From the NCBI GenBank assembly GCA_963575745.1, contig CAUYUJ010000314.1, positions 124,001 through 188,000 on the forward strand: a stretch of 64,000 nt of DNA, read 5' to 3'. The notes under the pieces are model-generated. The model searched no databases. It was not told the DNA's origin and saw only the letters and a list, made by a program, of their open reading frames with translations. The position numbers were made by a program, and so were the translations under genes. Origin of the DNA: Prorocentrum cordatum (taxonomy: Eukaryota). This document shows positions 47,301 to 61,289 of the stretch, piece by piece. How positions within the stretch are numbered: position 1 is the first letter of the stretch; each line of letters begins with the position of its first letter.

Positions 47301-49836
47301 TTTTGCCCATTTGCGATCCCCGAGGCCCGCAGCGGACCCGCAGGCCGTCAGACAATTTTTCAGGGCGAAAAAGCAATCCCAGGGAAGTCGTCCAGACCCT
47401 AGGGACTTACGCATCGGAAAGGTTGGAGCGCCGGATGTGCGGGGAGGAGGGAGGGAAGGAGGAAATCGGAATCGGAATCGGGATGAAGCAGTGCGTCCAG
47501 TTTTCTGCGACCACTTGCGAGCCCTGCCCCTATGGGTTCACTCGACGCAGAGGTGTCGGCCACCCCCGCTGGGGTTCGCTTGGCTGCAGACATCTTTCGA
47601 ACTTTGAACCCCTGCCAGTTTTTCACAAATCTGACCTGCAGGAGTAGGGCTCGCACGAGCGACGCCGAAAAACGGGCTCGACTGCGGGGACATTCGCCCG
47701 TGAACTTCCCGGGTGAGGTCGCGCGTAAGCGCTCTCTTCCACGTGGCGTTCCCCGCTGGCGGCCCGCGCAAGCCACCGCGTAAGGTCGCCATGCCATATT
47801 GCGTAAGGCCCGCTTCTCTTCGTCGCCCACACGTGGCTATCCAGTGACGGTTATAATCGGACCGAGGTATAAGATCGAGTTCGCTTCGGGGAGGATGCCT
47901 CACCGTTCTTTGTGTTTGTTGGATGTTCTTGTGCATCCTGGGTAAGGTACCCTAATTAGTATGTTCTGTGTGTTTTGGCCCGCGCAGGGTTTCATGTTCT
48001 TGAAGGATGTTCTTCTGTCCGGGGTCTGGCCGTACTGCGCGCGGCAGTGCCGAGTTGAAGAGGAGCGAGCGTGCTGGATCAGAGGGAAGCCCCCGCCTCC
48101 TCCACCAGAGAGGCTGGCCCCCGCCTTGGCACTCGGGCGACGACATCTATGCATATCCGCTGTTCCCTGGCTGGGCCCTTCCTGGGCCCAGGAGCTGTGT
48201 ACAGTCAACGCGCTTAGTAAGGGCGCGCGCCTTCATCTAGGGTACCCTGGTGCCCTTGCCTCTGCGGCCCGTCCTTTTCCGTTTTCACTGGTCGCCCGCC
48301 CCCCAACATTTGCCAGCTGCGAATTCCAAGGTTCTTGCGTCCTTACCACCTGTCCTTAATGCACGTTTTGACTGTATACGCCCTCCCAGCCAAGCCAGGA
48401 GGGCGTGGCGTATACACCGCTGCTGGGTTCAGGACGGGCCTGGCCAGGGAGCAGTGGATATGTACTCCGGATTCCATAGTCAAGTGGGGGTGGGGGTCAC
48501 ACTGTCTTGGAGGGTTCGGGTGCGTCGGGGCCAAAGGAAGGCCGCCTGTTCATGGCTGGTGCGGGGGGGGAGGTCAACAAGTGGCCCGTCTGGGTGGGTT
48601 GTGCCCCCCCCCCCCCCCCCCTTTTTATGGATTACGAGATGTGGAGTACAGATTTCGTCGCACTATGGCATGAAGAACTCGGTGGGCTTAGCTGCCTCGA
48701 TACGCCTGCACTGAAACGCAACACGTACGGCGCGCAGATCGTCCATGCTAATACGTTGTGTGTTGGCTCAACGCATTAGCACACGTTTTGGCGAACGTCT
48801 CGCGTCATGCCTACGTTTTGAGTCTGCGTGTTGAGCTCCGTGTCAATACGCTACGTGTTGCGTTTTTTCGTATCGGGACAGCTAAGACAGGAGTTGTCCC
48901 AGCTTGAGCCTTCTCGGGGCAGCTCGTCGGGCCGCACTGCGCCGGGCTGCCTCAGCCCCCGTTGCGTGCAAGCCTTTGCTCCGGCTGGACGCAAGAGTGA
49001 CCCTCCGCCGGAGTGGCCTCTGGTGCGGGCCCAATGGGGCCTCCCGGTCGCTGAGCGCGAAGCGGCAGCAAGCTGTAAGACTCCAGGTCGGGTCTGCCCG
49101 TCAAGAGCGCCCACGCGTCTTCTCTGTCAGGGCTGGTGTGGCACTCTGAAGCCCCGTGGTGCCGCGTGCTGGAGTAGAACGTGTCCGGGCAGGCGTAGGG
49201 AGAGGAGAAATCGTCCCAGAGCGTTCCTTGCGCGCCCAGGTTTGGCCACCCCGCGTCTCCCGTAAGCCGCCCACCAAAGGTCACTCTTGCATAGGGTCGC
49301 TCTTGTGTGTAGCCGACTCCCGTTGGCTGAGGAGAGAGAGAGGGAAGGACCACCGCCCGGTTATCGGAATGAGCTCATCCGCCACGATCGCTCCATCGCG
49401 GCGGCAAGAGGGCATCATTCGGCGGCAAACTCCGAACCCTGCCGTCGCCGATTCACGATTAGGAAACTCGATGGGCGGCGGGGGTAATTAGGGTTCGGAA
49501 TTCGTCGAACACGTGGCGAAATTCGATCCATACCCCCGCCTCCCACCGATTCAGGACAATCGATGGTTGGTGGTGGTAGAGGGTTCGGATGTCGCCACCT
49601 ACAGAGGGCACCATGCCTCTGGATCGATCGGAGGTTGATAGACCTCCTACCCTGACACGTCGATTAGCGAATTGGCCGTCTTCGATTCGCGAGAGGGCGC
49701 CGCGGCCGCCATTTTTGCGGGTCCAGGTCCGTCGGTTTCGATCTTAGGTAGGCCGTCTGCACTACAGGGAGGCTTACTGACTGGAGGTTTGTCCACCGCC
49801 GAATCGAGAGCCTGCGCCGACTGACGACGAAGGGTA

Positions 49837-50012
49837 CAGTCGGGGCCCTGAAGAAGGAACCCTTTTCGTTGGGGAGGGGCTCCGTGTTCCTTGATTGTTT
49901 CGCAGTTTGCCTTAAATTTCCCTTAGGTTTTCGATGCGAAATCGAAGTTCAACTTATGGAAAATAGGGGCCTCGTTCCTTATTTAGGGTTCCTTAGGTCA
50001 ACGCCTCGACTG
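49837..50012. mobile_element. 176-bp Tc1/mariner(pogo)-type MITE with TA target duplication
   Basis: TA(49835-36) CAGTCGGGGCCCTGAAGAAGGAACCCT ... AGGGTTCCTTAGGTCAACGCCTCGACTG TA(50013-14): imperfect ~28-bp TIRs beginning CAGTCG. Confidence 0.72.
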
Positions 50013-50684
50013 TACTAAAGGGAGGTTTGTCCACCGCCGAATCGAGAGCCTGCGCCGACTGACGACGAAGGGTGGTTTCGAGGTGCGGGCCTCGGCAGGT
50101 TGACGGACGGCCTGCCGGCAAAATGGGGCCAAGGGGATCGGCGGCAGGAAGAAGAGGGAGGGGGACGAGGAAGGTGGAAATCGGAGGGTGGAGGGGTGAG
50201 GAGGAGGAGGAGGAGGAGGAGGAGGAGGAGGAGGAGGAGGAGGAGGAGGAGGAGGAGGGGGAGGGGTGAGGAGGAGGAGGAGGAGGCGGAGGAGGAGGAG
50301 AAGGAGGAGGAGGCGGAGGAGGCGAGGGGCCGCGGGTCCCCAGGCCCCCAGGCCTCTGCCTGTGCCAGGGGGAGGGGGGGGGGGGTCGAGGGCGTGGCCC
50401 TCGTCGCCGTCGGCGGCGGCGGCGGCGGCGTCCCCAAACTCCAGAGATTTGGGCTTTTTCGGCTAGCGTTTTTTGTTGTGTGGGTTTCGGCCCCCAGGGG
50501 GCCACTGCCAGAGAAGCAGACAACGGGCCCAGGGCGGACAGGTACCCCTGGAGAAGCGGTCGGGGCTTCTGGGGCCGCGGATCGACAAGGCCACCATCGG
50601 AGGACGCTGGGGTCGTCGACGTTGTCGTCGTCGCCGCCGTCATCGGAGCCGCCGCCCGCCGCCGCCGTCGGAGGGGGAGGAGGA

Positions 50685-50830
50685 GGATCCTCCAAGGCAT
50701 GGACGGCAAGGACGGCAAGGACGGCTCACCCCTGACGCTGGTGGGGATCGCCTGCGAGTGGGCCGACTGGGTTGACTGGAGCCCCGAGTGCGCTGGCGCG
50801 GCGGCGGAGGAGGAGGGCCGCGAGTCTCGA
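50685..50830 (+). CDS. Possible isolated host exon (ILQGMDGKDGKDGSPLTLVGIACEWADWVDWSPECAG...)
   Basis: Strongly GC3-biased codons and protein-like composition amid low-complexity DNA; boundaries uncertain. Confidence 0.3.
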
Positions 50831-52909
50831 GATGGTGCGGTGACCACACCGTCGGGCGAGTCAGTGAGGATGGTGAGGCTTCGGGTTGCGCGCAGACAGC
50901 CCCCCCAGGTAGCCCTTGCTGGCCTCAACAGGCCCCCCCAGATAGCCCCGGCTGGCCTCAACAGGCCCCCCCAAACAGTTCAGGGCGGTCTCAACACCCT
51001 GGCGCCGCCTCCGGCGGCGCCCCTGGGGCGCGGAGCGCCCCGTTTGGGGTGTTGATGAGACCGCCCAGTACTATTCGGGGGGCCTGGTGAGGCCATCCGG
51101 GCTATCTGGGGGAGGGCTGCTTGTGCGCAACCCGGGACCTCACCAGACCACCCTGTCGGTGAGTCAGTGTGGATTCGGGGCGGCCGCATTGTTTCGGGAC
51201 TTGGAGGGTATTTCTCCGCTGGCGTCTCGGGGTTCAAGGCGTGTGCGGGACCGCTGGGGCAGGAGTCACATATTGAAACCACCCGCTTTGCATCCGTGTA
51301 GCTGTTGGATTTTCCGTTTGGGGATGATATAGGGCTGAAGAAGTCTCAGGCGAAACGCCAGGCCCTCTTTGCCAGCCCGTCGTGTGGTGCAAGGAGGAGA
51401 AGTTACATATCAATTTGGGTCTCTTGGGTTTTTTTCTGCGGCCTTCCTTGCGGCGCCTGTTGAGGCCAATTTGGAGCCACCCCCCGTCTGAGCCCGAAGC
51501 ATGGTCTGTCGGAGGGAATCCTTGTGTGCGCACTTGTGACCGTCTTGGAACCGTAATCGGCCCATCATGGGGCCGTCTTGATTTTGGAGCCACTTTGAAG
51601 CATCAAAACCACCAGGAAGCGAAAGGACGAGAAAATAACATAGATTTATCAAGTCCATCTGTTTGCAAGATTTTGGCCTCTCGGGGTGTATCATCGAGAG
51701 GACACGTGGCTACTTGGATCCCTCTCGGGGCGGTCTTGGGGCCTCGTGGAGGCATGTTGGAAACCGTTTTGAGCCATCTTAGGGAGTCTCAAGTACGATC
51801 TTAGAGGCATTCTTGGGCTATCAACGGCCCCCTTGGAGCCATCTTGGGCCGTCTTGGACGCTTTACCCCCTCGCTGGAGGTGGCGTCGAAGGACTTCCCC
51901 GTATAGAATGGGTAGGCCCCCCCCAGTCACCCCTCGGCCACAAGACCGGTCGTCAGATCAAGACAAGGCGATGCCGAGGCGGTCTCCAAGAAAATAGCTA
52001 CCAAGATTGCACGCGATGGTTCAACATGGTCCAAGGTGGGCCCCCACTAGGCAAGGGGCAGGTGTTGCGACGTGGGGGTAGCAGGTGGGGCGTGGTGGGT
52101 ATACCCTCCCCGAAACGGAAGAAGGGGGTCGGAAGAGATGTCGCCCTGAATTCCAAACCTTCTGCGCTCTGAGGGCTTCCAGGAAGAAATAATACGGAGA
52201 GACGAGGACGGGAGCTGATGATTATGCTGATGTTGATGTTGATGACGATGATGAGGACTCTAAAAACTGACTGTGCGGTATGTAACCCTAAACCGATGCA
52301 CGCAGGCGACATTCTGCTGAGCCGCGTCGTGGCAGTAGCATTCCGCAGCGGCACACGGACGCCAGCTCGAAACGATCAGGCAAGTGTTGCACCTGTTGAC
52401 TGCTGCTCATGTCGGATCCAGCGGCTGGAGCTCCCGTGTTCTGGTTTCCCCGCGGCCACTGCGTGCGTGGCAGCCGTCCTCTGCTTCTCGTCGGTGTCTC
52501 GGCGGCATCAGCCGGCAGTCTGTGGGTTTTGCCCCTCTTGACCTGTGCGGTGCTCCACCTCGATAGATGCTGCACGTATCGGTGCATCGTTCGCGCCTGA
52601 TGCTCGAGCCCGCAGGCTGGACATCGCAAATCACAGTTTACGCAGTGCTGGTGCTTTGTGTTAGCACGTTGTCTTTTCTTGCGGCGTATACCACAGCGTT
52701 ACATTTGAATTTGGTTCTTTACATGTACATCTACCCATGACAGTGCCAACGCATTGGAACCATCAACCATCATGTATGATAACATGTTGCAATCTATCAC
52801 TACTTAGAGTTCTTACGTGCGCCACATTGTGCCGCCTGTACCGCTTTCCCAGCTGTCCCGCAGCACTGCCTCAGTGTCCCCTCAGTGCAACTACTCAAAG
52901 ACGGCATAT

Positions 52910-55100
52910 TAATCTGCAGCAGCAGCAGCGACAGTCATTCTAATCAGGTTTGCTCTCACACGCATGCGTGCCATTCAACATGTATCACCCCCTAAACCCT
53001 CGATGCCCGCCCTCTTCGTCTTTGATCGTGCCCCCTTTGGGAAGTATATCTTCCTTCGCTGCGATGTATGATCGCATTATCGCTTGAGCTTTCCTCGTGA
53101 TTCATGCAGGATCCACGCTTCAGCAACCCGCGTGCTCGACCTGGTCGCCTGGGCCCGCTTTCCCGACCTGCCCGCTATGGGTCTGCCCACCCGATCTGCC
53201 CCTCTGGTTCTACCACTTGTTTTCTGCTCCTTGTTTCCCTTCTGCTAATTTCTCTCGTGTTTCATTCTTCTCCCTCCCCCTTCCACCCGTCTTCTCTTTC
53301 CTTTTTTAGGGGCTGCACTAATGCACGTGACACGTAAGGAAGATATCCCCCCAAGGGGGTACAATCGAAGACGACGAGGGCGGGTGCCGAGGGGTTGGGA
53401 TATACGTATTGGTTGGCACGTGAACAGATAGGAGCGAACATTCTTAAACTGATAGTTGTTGTTGTTACTGTTGGTGTTGTTGTAAGCTGGGGGCCAAAAA
53501 CACAGTCTGAGGTCCAATGATCTTCTTTGTAGAGAGTCCAGTGCGAGCTCCAAGAGGGGCACTTCAATTGCAAAAGCAGGATTGGCACAGGAGAGGGGGA
53601 TGAACAAAAATGGTTAACAGCAGCACCAGCAACAAGAACAGTCAGTTAAATACTGCTCGCTCGTATTTGCTTGCGTGGCAATTAACTCAATTAACGTGCA
53701 TATGCCGAACTCTCGATCCCCGCCCTCTTCGTCTTCGATCGTTCCCCCGTTGTGGAGTATATAGTGGGGCCTCTAAAGTTTTGACCATTCCAGTCGACCT
53801 GCGACCCCTTTACCCCCTTTGAGTCCTACAGCGCGAGGTCCGACGGCGGCGGAGTATGTTTCGGCCCTCACCAGGTGTTCTTTAGATATCACAAGTTCAT
53901 GATCATGTTAAAGCTTACGCCGCGTGTTTTCTCCCGGACAACTTACTACGTCGTCGGGGTTGACTCCGCCCCGCTTGTCCTTGCTGCAGAAATAACCTAC
54001 CCCACGTCCTCTGAAACTCACTCCGCCGCCGTTATATCACGACGGCGAACGGTTTGAACGTTTAGTGGCATTTTACCTCGACGCAACATCGCCTGAGGAT
54101 GGGCTCGCGCCGCGCACCTTGAGTCGCATGCGCACCGTGGCAGAATGGTCACAAACATTAGTAACGGGTTTGCGCGACATGCGTTTGCAATGATTGCGCA
54201 TTGATTTCGACTTCGGGTCGACGGCGGCGGCGGCGACAACGATGGCGACGGCAGCGGCGTCGGCGAAATCGGCGCCGGCTACGGCGACGCGAACGATGAC
54301 CACAGCGACGACGACAACGATGTAGTGGTCATCTCGATGCTAGAATTTTCGCAGTGGCGTTCCCAGAAGTTTTGACCATCCAGGTGATTGTGCGACCACC
54401 TTCCCCCCGCTGGATCTTACAACGTGGGGTCTGGCGGCGGCGGAGTAGTTTCGGCCCTTACCAGGTTTTCTTTCGATATCACATCTTCATTGACGTGTCA
54501 CAGCTTACGCCGCACGTTTTTACGCGGAAAAACAGACTCCGCCGTCGGGGGTGAATCTAATCCGTTTGTCATTGTTGCCGCAATAGAAATAATTAACCCC
54601 ACGCGTTCTGAAACTCACTCCGCCGACGTTCTATCAGGACGGCGAGTGGTTTCTGCGCTCAGGGACACTTTGCCTCGACGCAACATCGCCTAAGGATGGG
54701 CTCGCGCCGCGCACCTTGAATCGCATGCGCACCGTGGCCGAATGGTCGCAAACACCAGTAACGTGTGAGTCCATTCCTTACCTGCAACCCTTTGATAGGA
54801 ACAGGAGGGAGACAGGAACAGAGAATGAGAGAGAGAGAGAGTGAGCGATGAGGAAAGGAGCGCAGGAAGGAGGGGAGAAGGGAAGGGGCAAGATTGAGGA
54901 GGGAGATGGATGGAGCACGAAAGTGATTGGCAGGAGGCGGGTTAGGAGCAGGAGAACAAGCGGCATAACCAGACGGGCGGGTTGGGCGTGCGGGCCCTGA
55001 CCGGCGGGTCGGGCGGGCGGGCCCAGACGGCCGGGTCGAGCGGGCGCGTCGCTGAAGCGGGAGTCCTGCATGGATCGTCAGGAAGTCTGTAGCGATAGCG
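52910..55100. repeat. Nested inverted and tandem duplications (foldback-like region)
   Basis: 53090-53300 is inverted to 54850-55100; ~410-bp diverged direct copies at 53763-54166 and 54353-54763; ~140-bp module at 52915-53055(+), 53340-53480(-), 53617-53760(+). Confidence 0.75.
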
Positions 55101-55173
55101 AGATTCCCAAGTAAATCGTGAGGAAGTCCAGGGCGCGGCGCGTAGTTTCTGAGTGTCGAGGGCGGTGTGTGTG

Positions 55174-55216
<43 letters not shown>

Positions 55217-57775
55217 CGAGGACGTCCCAGGCGAGAGCACGATCCTGTGGCAAATTGCGACGAGGTCCCGAGCGAGAGCGCGATTCTTCAGTACAGGTTG
55301 AGGACATGTCAGGCGGGAGCCGTCGCTGTTGCGGTTCGGCGGCCGGGGCCCCCGGTTCGGGCCCGGTGTTGCGAAGACGCAAGAAGCAGGGCGTGAGCCA
55401 CGAGAGGGGCACTTCACGTGAAAGAGGACACGCGCTCCCAGAGTCGCAGGCCTGGAGGTTGACACCAGCACCAATATCGGCGGTGCTCCTCCACCGAGGA
55501 AAGGAGATCCCGATCTCGGTGATGGTGGTAATATTCTGGCTTCAGGGTGACCGAAATATTACCACCAACGCCGAAATCTAGGATCATCTCTCCCCTGTGG
55601 AGGCAGTCCCCTGTCTTGGTGTTGGTGCCTCTTTCCAGGCCTTCAACAGAGGGGGATCATTGACAACTATTCTTCAGACGTGAAAACTCAATCTCCCACA
55701 CGAAAAACACAGGCGGTCAGAGGGGGAATGGTGCAGCAAAGAAGCTCAAGGGAATTCGGAAAAACGAATAGTCGGACATTTCGTTGTGCATTCTTTTTGT
55801 TCGCCCCTCTGTTTCTTTGTTGGTCGCGTCCATGGTGTGCACACTTCTGTGTACGTAGTGTCGTGGCCACCTCTCCGTTCTCTCTTGAAGACGACTGCAC
55901 TGCTCACTTGACCTCGCAATATTTCAAGAGTTGAGCGATGACCCCCCGCGACCTCTCTATCGTTCTTTCTCTCTCTCTCTGCCCGTCTCTCTCTCTCTCT
56001 CTCTCCCCCTGTTTCTTGCTCTCTCGCTCTGTCGCACTCTTGTTCGAGAGATCGGCGGTGAGATCAGCACTCCCCAAGGCAAAGGGAGAATGGTGGAGTG
56101 ATCGCCTGATAATGAAGAAGATGAGGAGGAGGGAGGAGGAGGAGGAGGAGGAGGAGGAGGAGGAGGAGGAGGAGGAGGAGGAGGTGGAGGGAGGACAGAG
56201 GGTGGACGCAGGGGGATGACGAGGAGGACGCGCCTGAGGATGAGTGCAAGGAGAACGAGGAGGAGGGATGAAGGAGGAAGGATGAGGGAGGATGTAGGAG
56301 AGGGAGGAGCGGGAGAAGGCGGTCGCGTGGGGGAAGTGGGGCATGGGCACCCGATGGCACATATACGTCCTTGCTTACTTTGCTTCGCCGATTGCGAGTC
56401 AGATCGCAATAGCGTTTGTGCGCCCTTGCGTCAACCCCATAATCCCTTTCTGGGGGGGTTCGCCGAGGTCTCCACCGTGCATTTCTCGTGGAACCATCCG
56501 TCATTTTCCAGAGGAGACCGTGGAGCTTCGGCGCAGTGTGCTGTGCGTGCCTGCCTCTGCAGGGAGCGGGCCGTCGCCTCACTCGCTTTCCTCTCTCCGC
56601 CGCCGTCTCCACAGGAGCAGCTGCGTTGGCCTCAGCCGCCTCGGACGGGACACCGGACTGGGACGCCATGCGTTCGATGGGGACGCGCACGTCAGGTCGA
56701 CTTCCAAGAGAGCGGCCGTACGCATCCGTGCCTCCTCGTCGATTTTTCGAAGTTGTCACTGCGCACAGGCTTGATACAGGCCTCGGAAAAAATTAGCGAA
56801 CACTCATGCCACTTTCATCGGTGAACGCCTCCCCCTTCCCCCAATGGTCAAAGTTGGCGGTGGGTCTGATGAGTTGCACCTCGACCGCAGTCTCCCCCCC
56901 GCGTGCCAACTTTGAGTTTTGGGGGCAGGGGGGGTGTTCACTAGTTGTTTCCCTCTACCGTAGTGCTGCAGCTGGCAAGTTGTGTGGCTTCTCTTGGCGC
57001 ATCGGGTCCGCGGCCGTGCCGCGCGGCGCCGCGATCCTGTCGATTCTGGGGTGGCCTGGACCGCGATCCAGAGTGACCGACCGAATCCCACTTGTGCCAG
57101 ACTCGGTGTGCCGTCTCCAGACCTCTGACGCCGTGTTTCCCAACCCTCGTGCGCTGGGTTCTCGCTTCGACTAGAGCACTTCCTCCTCCTACTCCCGTCT
57201 CCCTCCTTTTTCCTTCTGCCTCCCACCTCCTGCCGTCATTCCTACCTCTTACCTGCCTCCAGCCCTGCTTCTTACCTCGCCCTCGCTGGGGGGGGCTACG
57301 CTGCCAGCTGCGCAACCGTCGCCATTTTCGTGAGCCCCTGGGAGGTCCAGTGGAGTGGCGTCCTGCGCAGATCCAAGTGGGACCTCGCCTTCCTGTGTGC
57401 TGCGACCTGTCAAACTGATGAGCGTGACTGGGATTATTATGCGTTGAGCTCGGCCGATGAGGGACCCCACGAGCTTTGCTTGTTTGCTTGTCTTCTCTGT
57501 TCCTGCATCCGTTCGCCTCGCCCTTTCTGTTGAGCACTGATGCCTTTCCGCCTTCTTCTGGCGGTGCCAAATCCTCAGGCGCTGCGTCCCGTGGGTCGTG
57601 GAATGCGTAGGTGCCCCAGGTAGCTTCGCCGACACATCAGCTCGCTGCCGTGCCATCGTCGGGATCCACCCGTTGCATTTTTGTTTGGGGGGTCAGCGGC
57701 CGCACGAGGTGAACAGTGGGAAGCCGACCCCAGCCCCCGCAACTGTGGATTCTGCATGCCAGCGTTCTGCACTCG

Positions 57776-57980
57776 CCCTGTCGGCGAGGCCCTGTCGACG
57801 AGGCCCCGTCGACGAGGCCACTGCCAGCCGCCCCGTCGACGAGGCCACTGTCAACGAGGCCACTGCCAGCCGCCCTGTCGACGAGGCCACTGCCAGCCGC
57901 CCTGTCGACGAGGCCACTGCCAGCTGCCCTGTCGGCGAGCGTGCGCACAGCGCAGGCGCCCTGTCGACGAGGCCGCTGCC
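57776..57980 (+). repeat. 27-bp minisatellite CCCTGTCGACGAGGCCACTGCCAGCCG (several full and partial units)
   Basis: Directly visible; VDEATASRP peptide repeat. Confidence 0.92.
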
Positions 57981-58995
57981 GGCCGCCGCACGGGGGCGCC
58001 CGCGCGCGCGGCGCCGTCCTGGGCCCCGACGGCGGCCGAGCGACGGCGGTGGCGCGCCAGGAGCACGGCAGGGCACGACGGGCGGAGGGCGCGAGAGGCG
58101 CACCGTCGCGTGTGCTTCGCGCATCGGGTGGGGCGCTTCGCGCGAGGGTGGGGCTCCCTCCGTGCGAGCGGCACCCTGTGCGGGGCCCGTGGAGAGGGAG
58201 CTCGGAGGGAGGGCTGATTGCAGCTTCGCGGGCGCGTCTGGGGTTCACGCTGGTCTTCCTCCTCCTCCTCCTCCTCCTCCTCCTCCTCCTCCTCCTCCTC
58301 CTCCTCCTCCTCCTCCCCCTCCCTGGTCTATGGTTTCACGACGGGGGCCCCCTCCCAGGACCAGCTGGTCGTCGCCGGAAGTGCCTTCGGGTCCCAGAGG
58401 CCTGGGCGCGCCTGCTGGAGGCCCGAACTGGCGAACGGGACGCACGCTGCGGGTTCTTCGAGGTCTGAGTCGTGATTCCCAGCAGGAGGAGCAGGAGGAG
58501 GAGAAGGGAACGAGGAGGAGGAGGGGGATGAAGCGGAGGAGGAGGAGGAGGACGAGAAGGAGGAGGATGAGGAGGGGGAGGAGGAGGATGAGGAGGAGGA
58601 GGAGGAGGAGGAGGATCAGGAGGTCCGTAGCCAGTGTGGCGTAAGGGAAACGTAGCGAAGCTTAATAACAAAGCGAATCCAAGTTTCATGTGGCATGCGT
58701 CCGTAGCTGGCTCGATTGCGGACCTGCAGCGGCACTGGTCACCATTCCTCGGCTCTGACTGCTAGTGACAATCCGCGGTTGGCGGATTATCCTTAGGTTT
58801 TTGCAGAATTTGGGTTTCTTGGGAGGCTCATGGTGGCTCCGAGAGCGCTTGAAACCATCTTGTGGCCCTCGTCGGGCCTCTTGGAGGTATGCCGGAAGCT
58901 ATCCAGCTGCCTGCGGCGAGTCCCGCCACTGTGCCAGCCCAGCATGCTCGGCGGCCCTCCTCTGAAGGGGCACCGGTGGCCGTATCTGAGAGGCG

Positions 58996-59204
58996 TGATC
59001 ATGATGATGATGCTGCTGATGATGATGATGATGTTAATGATGGTGCTGAAACTGATGCTATTGATGATGATTATGATGATGCTGATGATGATGCTGGTAA
59101 TGAGAATGATGATGATGATGCTGGTGGTGTTAATGATTAGGATGCTGATGATGACGATTATGATGTTGATGCTGGTGATGGTGATGGTGACGGTGATGGT
59201 GATC

Positions 59205-59247
<43 letters not shown>

Positions 59248-59391
59248 GATGATGATGATGATGATGTCGAGGAGGATTGAGATTATGAGGATGATGAGGA
59301 TACAGGTCATGATGCTTCTGATGATGGCTATGATAGTGATGATGAGATGATGGTGACGGATGGTGGTGATGATGGTGATGCCGATGATCAC

Positions 59392-59442
<51 letters not shown>

Positions 59443-59648
59443 AATGATGATGATGATGGTGGTGGTGGTGCTGATGATGATGATGATGATGATGATGATG
59501 CAGATGATGGTTATGATGATGATGATGATGATGATGACGAGAAGGAGGAGGAGGAGGAGGAGGAGGAGCTTGTTGGTGGCGGTGGTGGTGGTTGTGGTGG
59601 TGGTGATGATGATGGCGATGATGATAAAGATGAGGATGATGGTGATGG

Positions 59649-59683
<35 letters not shown>

Positions 59684-59798
59684 CTGATGATGATGATGAT
59701 GGTGGTGGTGGTGACGGTGATGTTGATGATGATGACGATGATGATGATTATTATGATGATGATGGTGGTGATGGTGGTGATGATCATGCTGCTGCTGG

Positions 59799-59844
<46 letters not shown>

Positions 59845-59980
59845 CAGGATGATGATCAGGATGAGGATGATGATGCTGCTGCTGCTGATGATCATGATGA
59901 TCATGATGATCATGATGATCATGATGATCATGATGATCATGATGATCATGCTGATCATGATGATCATGATGACGACGACC
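58996..59980. repeat. ~1-kb degenerate (GAT)n microsatellite ending in (GATCATGAT)n
   Basis: Directly visible. Confidence 0.96.
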
Positions 59981-61289
59981 GTCGGAATATCGTGGGATAC
60001 CTCTTGGGGACATCTTCTAGAGGCCCCTGGGGGCGGAAGGCTCGGATTTTCGATTGGGATTCCCTCTCTGGGGCCCCTTTTGGAGCAGTCTTGGGGCCCT
60101 CTTGAGCCGTCTTGTGCGCCTCTCGGGCCGTTTCGGGGCTTGCGGGGGGGCGCTCGGTGGCCCGCAATGGTGGTACGGAGGTGGCTCTCGATAGGATGGG
60201 CTGGTCTGGGATCCCCCCTGAGGTTTGGGGCGGTGGGGCTGTGTGGATCTGGGCCATACGCTTTTGCTCTACGTGTGTGGGTTGGCGCTTGCATGACTTG
60301 TTCTTTGGGTTGTCCCCTGGGGTTAGGTGTTTTTTGCCGAGTGGTTGATTTGGTGGGTGTGTTTGTTTGTGTCTTGACAGTTGTTTTTTGTAACTAGTGA
60401 TTTTGTTTGTGTGTTTTCTGTGTTTTTGTTAGGCTAGGGGACCCTCTTGGAGGCCTCTTGGGCCGTCATGGGGCGGTCTTGGGGGCCTCTTCTCTTGGGC
60501 CGTCTTGGAGCTTCGGAAAGCCGAACAAGCGAGAACGCCAAACTCCTTCAAACATGCAATGGACATCAATGATGTTTGTCTTTGGGGGCCCTCTTGGGAG
60601 GCCTCTTGGAGGCTTCTTGGGGCGCCTTGGAAGCTTCTTGCGCCATTTTGAAGCCATCTTGGGCGTTTTCGAGCGATCGTTCGGCGACTCGGGGCCCCCT
60701 TGGGCCATCTTCGGGGACTCCCAGGCCGTCATGGAAGCATTGGAGAGCCCCGGGAGGCGCCATGGCCGCCCAGGGGCCCTCCGGGAGTATGGCTGGTGTG
60801 CGCGACGAGGTGCGACCCAGAGGGGGGGGTCCCTTGGAAGATTACAGAAACTTTACCAGACAGCACTTGGCATTCTACCACGCCTCCTCGTGCAAGGGGG
60901 CACGGTGGCGGATCTTGGACCATCGTCGGCTATCTTGAGCCATCTTGGAGGCCATCCTGGAGCACCCGAGGCCCTCTCGGAGCCATCTTGGGGCTCTTTT
61001 GGAGGATCTTGGGGTCCTCTTGGCGGTTTTTTGGGGGTCTCGGGACCCTCTTTGGGCCCTCTTGGAGCCCTCTTGGGGGTCCCTTGGGAGCCCTGGAGGG
61101 CCTCTCGGGGCCATCTTGGAGGCCATCGATCAAAAGTGGGGGTCCTCGAGTTGCCTCCCCCCCCGGGGCCGTCAAAATTGCCAAAGGGGGCGCACAACCT
61201 GAGTGAAGTCAATGATTTTGGCTTTGTCGCCAAGGCCACCCTCACACTCCGCGAAACCTTCCGAACAAACCAGGCAGGGGGAGGGGAGG

